Positions 58,397-64,000 of a stretch of DNA of 64,000 nt are shown here, in pieces; positions within the stretch are counted from its first letter, which is position 1, and each line of letters starts with the position of its first letter. The stretch spans positions 1,760,001 to 1,824,000 of the forward strand of contig OZ244197.1 in assembly GCA_965216785.1 (NCBI GenBank). Direction: 5' to 3'. Position numbers and translations under genes: made by a program. The notes below the pieces were generated by a model. The model was not told the DNA's origin, ran no database searches, and saw only the letters and a program-made list of their open reading frames with translations. Origin of the DNA: Thermodesulfobacteriota bacterium. Its GTDB lineage: Bacteria; Desulfobacterota_D; UBA1144; Nemesobacterales; UBA2774.

Positions 58397-59305
58397 TTAT
58401 GATTTTACTCTATCTTTTATTAGTCTTTTGCGGTGAGCGTTTTCTTCTACAAACTCAATGATTTTTGATGCAACATCAATACCACTGGCTTTTTCAATAC
58501 CCTCAAGACCAGGGGATGAATTGACCTCCATAATCTTGGGGCCCGTACTGGATTGCAGCATGTCTACCCCGGCAACGTTAAGCCCGAGTAGCTTAGCTGC
58601 TTTAATAGCGGTCGAGCGTTCGCTTCTGCTAAGTTTGATTTCATTAGCGCTTCCACCACGGTGTATGTTTGAGCGGAACTCCCCTTCAGCGCCCTGTCTT
58701 TTCATAGCCCCTACGACTTTCCCACCTACAACGAACGCCCTTATGTCAGCTCCCTTAGATTCTTTTATAAACTCCTGAATGAGGATGTTAGCCTGGATAC
58801 CATAAAAGGCTTCCAAAACGGATTTTGCAGCTTTTTTGGTTTCTGTAAGTACGACTCCGATACCCTGTGTGCCTTGAAGGAGCTTTATTACTAGTGGAGC
58901 TCCCCCAACTTCCTCTATCAGGTGGTTTATATCGTCAGGGTCCGATGCAAAAGCGGTAACCGGCATTCCGAGTCCCGCGCGTGAAAGTATTTGCATACTG
59001 CGAAGTTTATCTCTTGACCTCACAATCGCCTGTGACTCGTTTACCGGGAACACATGCATCATTTCAAACTGTCTGACAACAGCAGTACCATAGAAGGTTC
59101 TTGAAGCGCCAATCCTCGGAATAACAGCATCGATCCCTGTGAGTTTTTCCCCATCGATATATATCTCTGGATTCTTTTTCTCTATCACCATGTAGCATTT
59201 CAGAAAATCTAACACTTGAACATCGTGCCCTCTCTCCTGAGCAGCCTCTACGAGTCTTTTAGTAGAATAAAGATTCTCGTTTCTCGACAATATGGCTATC
59301 TTCAT
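58397..59305 (-). CDS. rimK: Ribosomal protein S6--L-glutamate ligase (ATP-grasp)
   Basis: [53 protein letters not shown]. Confidence 0.96.
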   Translation of the reverse strand: MKIAILSRNENLYSTKRLVEAAQERGHDVQVLDFLKCYMVIEKKNPEIYIDGEKLTGIDAVIPRIGASRTFYGTAVVRQFEMMHVFPVNESQAIVRSRDKLRSMQILSRAGLGMPVTAFASDPDDINHLIEEVGGAPLVIKLLQGTQGIGVVLTETKKAAKSVLEAFYGIQANILIQEFIKESKGADIRAFVVGGKVVGAMKRQGAEGEFRSNIHRGGSANEIKLSRSERSTAIKAAKLLGLNVAGVDMLQSSTGPKIMEVNSSPGLEGIEKASGIDVASKIIEFVEENAHRKRLIKDRVKS

Positions 59306-59766
59306 TTTTGTCTCCCTTTGTTTTTATGCTTATATGATAGATTCGATTTAGTTACATCGACAACAAACCCCTCTTTCAATAATTTTCTGCCTAATAGTAT
59401 GGGTTTTCCCATTTTTGAGCGGTCACTTAAAGAAATCTCTATATCATAATTTTCCCCGAAAAGCCTTATGGAAGTCTTAATTATGCATCTTTTCTCCGAT
59501 ATACCAAACGAACTTTTGACATTCCTTATTGCGTGTAGCTTTACTCTGAACCTCTTTTCGTCATAATCTGGATGTGAGGGATCGAGAAGATTGAAAGTTA
59601 CATATTTTTGCCCGTCCTTCTCTTTTACTTTGATATTGTGGCAGTGTATTGACGATGTGTAGGCACCTGTGTCTATTTTTGCGTCAATGTCATAAAGCCT
59701 CATTCTTGGAAAGTCAACTTTATCTCTTCTGCCAATTAAGCGTTTTTCTGTTCTATTTTTAGACAT
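59302..59766 (-). CDS. RimB-like retropepsin-type protease (RimK-associated)
   Basis: [31 protein letters not shown]; overlaps the rimK start. Confidence 0.88.
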   Translation of the reverse strand: MSKNRTEKRLIGRRDKVDFPRMRLYDIDAKIDTGAYTSSIHCHNIKVKEKDGQKYVTFNLLDPSHPDYDEKRFRVKLHAIRNVKSSFGISEKRCIIKTSIRLFGENYDIEISLSDRSKMGKPILLGRKLLKEGFVVDVTKSNLSYKHKNKGRQK

Positions 59767-59825
59767 CTATATGCTTGATATTATTACACAGATATATCAT
59801 TATGTAACTAGAGGACGGTGCATTA

Positions 59826-61622
59826 ATGTTTGATTTTGTGACACAGCTGGACGATTTTTTCCTAGCACTATATGTTCATCTAACTTCCAATATAAAAGAC
59901 GAGTTAGCAGCTGCCGCAGTTCTTCTCGTAGTTTTTGTGGTAACGCTTCTTGTGCATAAAAAAGCAATCGGGTTTCTCCTACGCACCCAATGGAAGTTCA
60001 AGCCGTATGTACTGTTTCTCATAGCTCTCGTCTTTCCGCTTATTTATATTCTTATCGTAATTGGGGCGGCTCCACATTTGAAAGGTGGATTGACTCTAAT
60101 ATTATTCTCCTCTCTTGCTTATTTCTATCTTGGCTTTTACCTAATAAAGAACCTGCTTGAACCGCTCAGGATAAACAGCGTACCATGGAAGATTATTTCA
60201 TATGTATTATTATTATTGACCGTAATTTTCAACGCATTAGTTGATCTAAACACGCAGTTCTTTAAAAGCCCCGATTTACAAGAAGTATTCTCCATATTTT
60301 TCAAAGTCTCTGCAATACTGCTTATTTACATGTTTTTACTCAGAGCACTTAGGTTTTTAACTGAATTTCTTCCAGAGCGGCAAATAGTTGCGAAACATAT
60401 TATAGAGAGCCTCATAAGCGTAGTGTCGGTTCTATATATTATCCTCGCAGCGCTCTGGCTCTTTAAATTAGTCGGGTTCGCATCATCGCTATTTGTCGGC
60501 GGCGTGGCTGTATTTATTGCCGTAGTGGGCTATGGGCTTCTCAAATCTTTTGCTGCTAGTTATCTGGGGCCGAAAACAGATGGAAATCCTTCATATAGTG
60601 CGTTGCTAAAGAGTATTGAATCTTTCCTCATTCTGCTGCTGATCTATGTTCTATACATTATATTCAAACTCTCTTTTAACCTGGAGCAGGTTCATCACTT
60701 CCTTTCCGAGGCGTATCTAGTAAATACAGGCGTGATTGTTATATCTTTATTCTCTCTAGTTTCTGGGCTCTTCATGTTCTTCTTTTTACTTTCAATGATG
60801 GGGATCTTAAAACAAATAGTTTATTTCTACAACATGAAGCTCGGCAGGGAGCTCGAAGCGGCTTCGCTCAGGTCTTTGGTATCTAATCTCGGCCTGTTGA
60901 TCGTAATAATGATTGCCCTTTCCGGGATCGGCCTTACATGGAAAGCATTACTCCCCATAGCGGGTGCTCTGGGAATAGGTATTGGGATTGGGCTCCAAAC
61001 TATTATGAATAACTATCTTAGCGGCTTCATACTCTTATTCAGTAAGCGCCTTAAGATTGGAGACATTATAGAATTTGACGGTAATGCGGGTAGAGCTATT
61101 GGGAATACATTAGAGACCATATATGGTCGTGTCGTAAGTATTGATACATTTTCAAGCGTAGTAACGACTACTGACGGCATCGAAATAGTTGTCCCCAACT
61201 CACAATTTATAGATAAGCAGATGGTAAATTATTCACTTTCTGACTATACAATCAGGGTTAGGATTCCTTTCGGTGTCTCCTATTCTGCAGATCCCAATAC
61301 AGTAAAAGATATACTTTTAAAAGTAGCCAATGAAAATACTCAAATACTCAGGTCTCCCGAGCCCGGCCTTTGGTTTACGGAATATGCCGATAGCGCCCTG
61401 GTGTTCTATCTGCTTTGCTGGGTTAATATCAAGGACATTTGGAAAATAAAACCTGTCATTAGCGATATTTACTTCAAGAGCTGGTATGAGCTGAAAAAAG
61501 CCGGTGTAGTCATACCATTCCCGCAAAGAGATGTGTGGTTTAAAAATAATCTTAAGGTCGAGATAGAGAAAGATCTCGGAGAGCACTTTCAAAAGAAACC
61601 GGGCGACTGGGGAGGTGAATAA
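59826..61622 (+). CDS. Mechanosensitive channel, MscS family (multi-TM)
   Basis: GALGIGIGIGLQ, N.LSG.ILL, GDII, VVPNS, FGVSY, IPFPQRDV. Confidence 0.92.
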   Translation: MFDFVTQLDDFFLALYVHLTSNIKDELAAAAVLLVVFVVTLLVHKKAIGFLLRTQWKFKPYVLFLIALVFPLIYILIVIGAAPHLKGGLTLILFSSLAYFYLGFYLIKNLLEPLRINSVPWKIISYVLLLLTVIFNALVDLNTQFFKSPDLQEVFSIFFKVSAILLIYMFLLRALRFLTEFLPERQIVAKHIIESLISVVSVLYIILAALWLFKLVGFASSLFVGGVAVFIAVVGYGLLKSFAASYLGPKTDGNPSYSALLKSIESFLILLLIYVLYIIFKLSFNLEQVHHFLSEAYLVNTGVIVISLFSLVSGLFMFFFLLSMMGILKQIVYFYNMKLGRELEAASLRSLVSNLGLLIVIMIALSGIGLTWKALLPIAGALGIGIGIGLQTIMNNYLSGFILLFSKRLKIGDIIEFDGNAGRAIGNTLETIYGRVVSIDTFSSVVTTTDGIEIVVPNSQFIDKQMVNYSLSDYTIRVRIPFGVSYSADPNTVKDILLKVANENTQILRSPEPGLWFTEYADSALVFYLLCWVNIKDIWKIKPVISDIYFKSWYELKKAGVVIPFPQRDVWFKNNLKVEIEKDLGEHFQKKPGDWGGE

Positions 61623-62063
61623 TGTCTTCGAGGCTAGTAAAAAAGACATCAGCCAAAAAGGCCTACGACCGGGCTCACTAATTTACATTGGCGAACAAAA
61701 AGTCGATAAAGTCAGAATCAGGGTAATAGATTACGATGAGAAGAACCTAATTGAGTATGAATATGAAAGTATTGAAGAAACCTTTTCATTCAAAGATAAC
61801 AATTCTGTTTCATGGATAAATATAGACGGTCTACACGATGTGGAAGTTCTCAGAAAATTAGGCGAAAATTTCGGAATTCATAATCTCGTTCTTGAAGATA
61901 TTTTAAACACTGACTTCCCTGACTTTTATAGCCGGCCTTTACGGAATGAATTTTGATAATATGCCGGAGCTACATAAGAATTGGGGCTACCCTATAGTTA
62001 TTATCGTTATAGTAGTTGTAGCAGTAGGAATGATATATTATTTTAAGAAAAAAATGGTTTTAG
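61615..62063 (+). pseudogene. corA: corA pseudogene with a large internal deletion
   Basis: N-terminus [34 protein letters not shown] is fused out of frame at ~61915 to the C-terminus [22 protein letters not shown]. Confidence 0.88.
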
Positions 62064-62114
62064 TTGTTGTTTCTTAAATCGATAGTTATCGGTCAAGGAC
62101 TGAATGGGGACACT

Positions 62115-62960
62115 ATGAAAATTGCTGTAACAGCAGCGAGTGGGCATTTGGGTGCCGAGATAGTCAAGGCAACTGTTCAGCTTGTTGGTAAAGGTAACGT
62201 TGTCGGGCTTGCACGCACGCCTTCCAAAGCCGAACATCTTGGTATTGAAATTCGGAGGGGTGATTACGGTTCCAAGAAAGATTTAATGAAAACGCTGCGA
62301 CACGTGGACACCCTCTTGTTGGTATCCGGTATGGATGATCCTATAAAGCGCATTGATCAACACCGTAATGTAATTTATGCTGCCAAGTATGCTGGTGTGA
62401 AGAAGATTGTCTATACCAGCATTCAAGGTGCTGAGAAGCATACGGCTTTTTCTCCAATAATTCAAAGCAATCGCCAAACTGAGTGTGATTTACATCTCTG
62501 CGGATTAGATTGGGTAATTGGGCGCAATGGAATTTATATTGAATCAGACATTGAGTGTATAGCAACCTACAAGGAGAAGGGAGAAATCGCAAATTGTGCT
62601 GGCGATGGAAGATGTGGTTACACCACCCGGCCCGAATTAGCGTATGCCTATGCCCGAATCTTGACCGAATCCAAGCACAATGGTAGAACATATAATCTGC
62701 ATGGAGAACCGATTACACAGTATCAGCTAGCAGCTTATCTAAACATGACGTTTGGCACCAACTTGACATATAGACCTATGACAGTAGAAGAATATCGCCA
62801 AGATCGTATTACGGAATTGGGTGAATCAATGGGTAATATTATAACTGGCATCTATCAGGGAATTCGCGAAGGAGCATTGTTTAACATCAGCCATTATACT
62901 GACGCAACTTCCAGATCCCATCAAAGTTGGGAAAATTATTTCAATGCTCTGAAAATATAA
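62115..62960 (+). CDS. NmrA/QOR2-like atypical SDR oxidoreductase
   Basis: MKIAVTAASGHLG, QHRNVI.AAK.AGVKKIVYTS, GRNGIY. Confidence 0.88.
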   Translation: MKIAVTAASGHLGAEIVKATVQLVGKGNVVGLARTPSKAEHLGIEIRRGDYGSKKDLMKTLRHVDTLLLVSGMDDPIKRIDQHRNVIYAAKYAGVKKIVYTSIQGAEKHTAFSPIIQSNRQTECDLHLCGLDWVIGRNGIYIESDIECIATYKEKGEIANCAGDGRCGYTTRPELAYAYARILTESKHNGRTYNLHGEPITQYQLAAYLNMTFGTNLTYRPMTVEEYRQDRITELGESMGNIITGIYQGIREGALFNISHYTDATSRSHQSWENYFNALKI

Positions 62961-62986
62961 GAATAATACTTTATATTTTTGTGTAC

Positions 62987-63010
62987 TCTTTCACCAGATG
63001 AAAGAATTTC
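62987..63010 (+). repeat. Palindromic repeat, copy 3
   Basis: TCTTTCA-CCAGA-TGAAAGAATTTC, 24-bp perfect direct repeat of copy 2. Confidence 0.92.
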
Positions 63011-63132
63011 AGATGTATCCGCTCTTATTTCTTAGTAATTCGTATTTTATATAGACTGTGAACTTTGTGAGCCTATGTATAGTTATACAGGAACATCATT
63101 CAAGCTAGATATTATGTAAAATGCTTGCAACA

Positions 63133-63164
63133 CAAAACGAGTATAGGGATCGCCACTTATACTC
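63133..63164 (-). terminator. Probable intrinsic terminator of the xis-rep transcript
   Basis: Minus strand GAGTATAAG-N8-CCTATACTC stem followed by GTTTTG. Confidence 0.45.
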
Positions 63165-63188
63165 ATTCTTATCCAATAGTATTGGATA

Positions 63189-63674
63189 TTATTTTCGGGT
63201 TCTATTAACTTCAGGGAAAACTAATTGCCCCTTATTAGTTTTGGGTGAGTAAAAATCAATCTCACTACCAAATCTAATGCTCTTAGTCAAATAAAATTTC
63301 GCTCCTAATTCAGGATCGTAATCATAAATACGAGCAAAACCATTTATGCTTTCATCTTCGTTTAAATTGAAGTTTTTTTCCCATAAATACATGTATTTCA
63401 GCTTATCTAATTTCCATACATCTCCGCCCATTAAAAAATGAAAGTGAATGACATTCCTTTTTTGATTTTCTAATACATAAACCCATGTTACGCCTAAATT
63501 CTTTTCTCTATATCTTCTGCCGTGAAGTTGCTGGTTTATTTTTTTTATGAAAGTGAAGAATCTTCTCTTAGCTATTTCAGGGTGAATTTGTTGCTGAAAT
63601 GTAAGTGTTCCATACCAATGGAAGGGTTCTAGCATAGATATTAGCTCAATCCAACCTAACTCTATAGGTCGCAA
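63189..63674 (-). CDS. HUH-superfamily rolling-circle replication/relaxase-like endonuclease (true start may be ~24 nt upstream)
   Basis: Motif I GTLTF, motif II ENQKRNVIHFHFL, motif III FYLTK. Confidence 0.8.
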   Translation of the reverse strand: MRPIELGWIELISMLEPFHWYGTLTFQQQIHPEIAKRRFFTFIKKINQQLHGRRYREKNLGVTWVYVLENQKRNVIHFHFLMGGDVWKLDKLKYMYLWEKNFNLNEDESINGFARIYDYDPELGAKFYLTKSIRFGSEIDFYSPKTNKGQLVFPEVNRTRK

Positions 63675-63693
63675 ATATGACTCATTAATATAA

Positions 63694-63885
63694 TTAATTA
63701 TAGCTCACCTCCACTCTATGTTTTTCAAGGAAATTCTCGAATTCAGATTGGTTGATTAGTATCTTTTTTTGGATTCGGTAGTGGGCAATCATTTTGTAAC
63801 GAATCCAATAATAAATCGTTGTTACATTGATTCCATATAATGCTGATAAGTCTTTGGGGGAGAGTTTCTTATCTTTGCTCTTCAT
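63694..63885 (-). CDS. Excisionase-like HTH (HTH_17/MerR-like) protein
   Basis: 63 aa, LSPKDLSALYGINVTTIYYWIR...I..YRI.KKILI. Confidence 0.82.
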   Translation of the reverse strand: MKSKDKKLSPKDLSALYGINVTTIYYWIRYKMIAHYRIQKKILINQSEFENFLEKHRVEVSYN

Positions 63886-64000
63886 CTATCTCCACCTCAG
63901 CTAATTCACAGAGTCGACGTATTTTTTGCTCAAATATATTTAGCTCATCTGTTATCAATGAATAGAATGATAGAGCTTCACCTTTGTCTGCTGAAACAAA
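63869..64000 (-). CDS. 3' end of a hypothetical CDS overlapping the xis start
   Basis: Open frame from the window edge: FVSADKGEALSFYSLITDELNIFEQKIRRLCELAEVEIDEEQR*. Confidence 0.5.
   Translation of the reverse strand, partial: FVSADKGEALSFYSLITDELNIFEQKIRRLCELAEVEIDEEQR

Larger units (their letters stand above)
47010..64000. mobile_element. Integrative element / genomic island on the 5' side of tRNA-Arg (right end outside the window)
   Basis: Integrase ends 12 bp from the tRNA; also carries an excisionase-like HTH, an HUH Rep-like gene, a defence nuclease and pseudogenes; backbone is visibly AT-richer than the EPS locus. Confidence 0.85.

Noticed and set aside
50910-63010. The three palindromic repeats as a CRISPR array or as XRE operators
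   Set aside because: Spacing is 1.2 and 10.8 kb and there are no cas genes; the sites lie at 3' ends or between convergent genes rather than at promoters

Overview
Bacterial chromosomal window with three parts. (1) 1-4.6 kb: the 5' part of an RbbA-type ABC exporter gene with its HlyD adaptor, then a cytoplasmic PAS/HisKA_3 kinase, a NarL/UvrY-type regulator and a receiver-only protein. (2) 4.6-46.9 kb: a co-oriented ~37 kb Wzx/Wzy capsule/EPS locus headed by a UpxY-like antiterminator. It encodes Wza, Wzc, a priming transferase, glycosyltransferases, UDP-xylose, CDP-sugar and GDP-fucose enzymes, three sugar C-methyltransferase paralogues, an SxtIJK-like carbamoylation module and an NTase-NMP kinase-APH kinase fusion. 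A c-di-GMP-I riboswitch then precedes two secreted FN3/PKD/beta-helix proteins. (3) 47.0 kb to the end: an integrative element on the 5' side of tRNA-Arg(CCT), carrying a tyrosine integrase, a DUF6788-like protein, an RloC-like ATPase/HEPN nuclease, a small HUH rolling-circle endonuclease and an excisionase-like HTH. The most unusual signal is three directly repeated copies of a palindromic site (consensus AAATTCTTTCA-CCAGA-TGAAAGAATTT) that divide the cargo into cassette-like blocks of 1.2 kb and 10.8 kb. The larger block holds a c-di-AMP cyclase, MgtE, two CNNM proteins, RimK and MscS plus broken gene remnants. All calls come from reading motifs by eye; no database searches were run.
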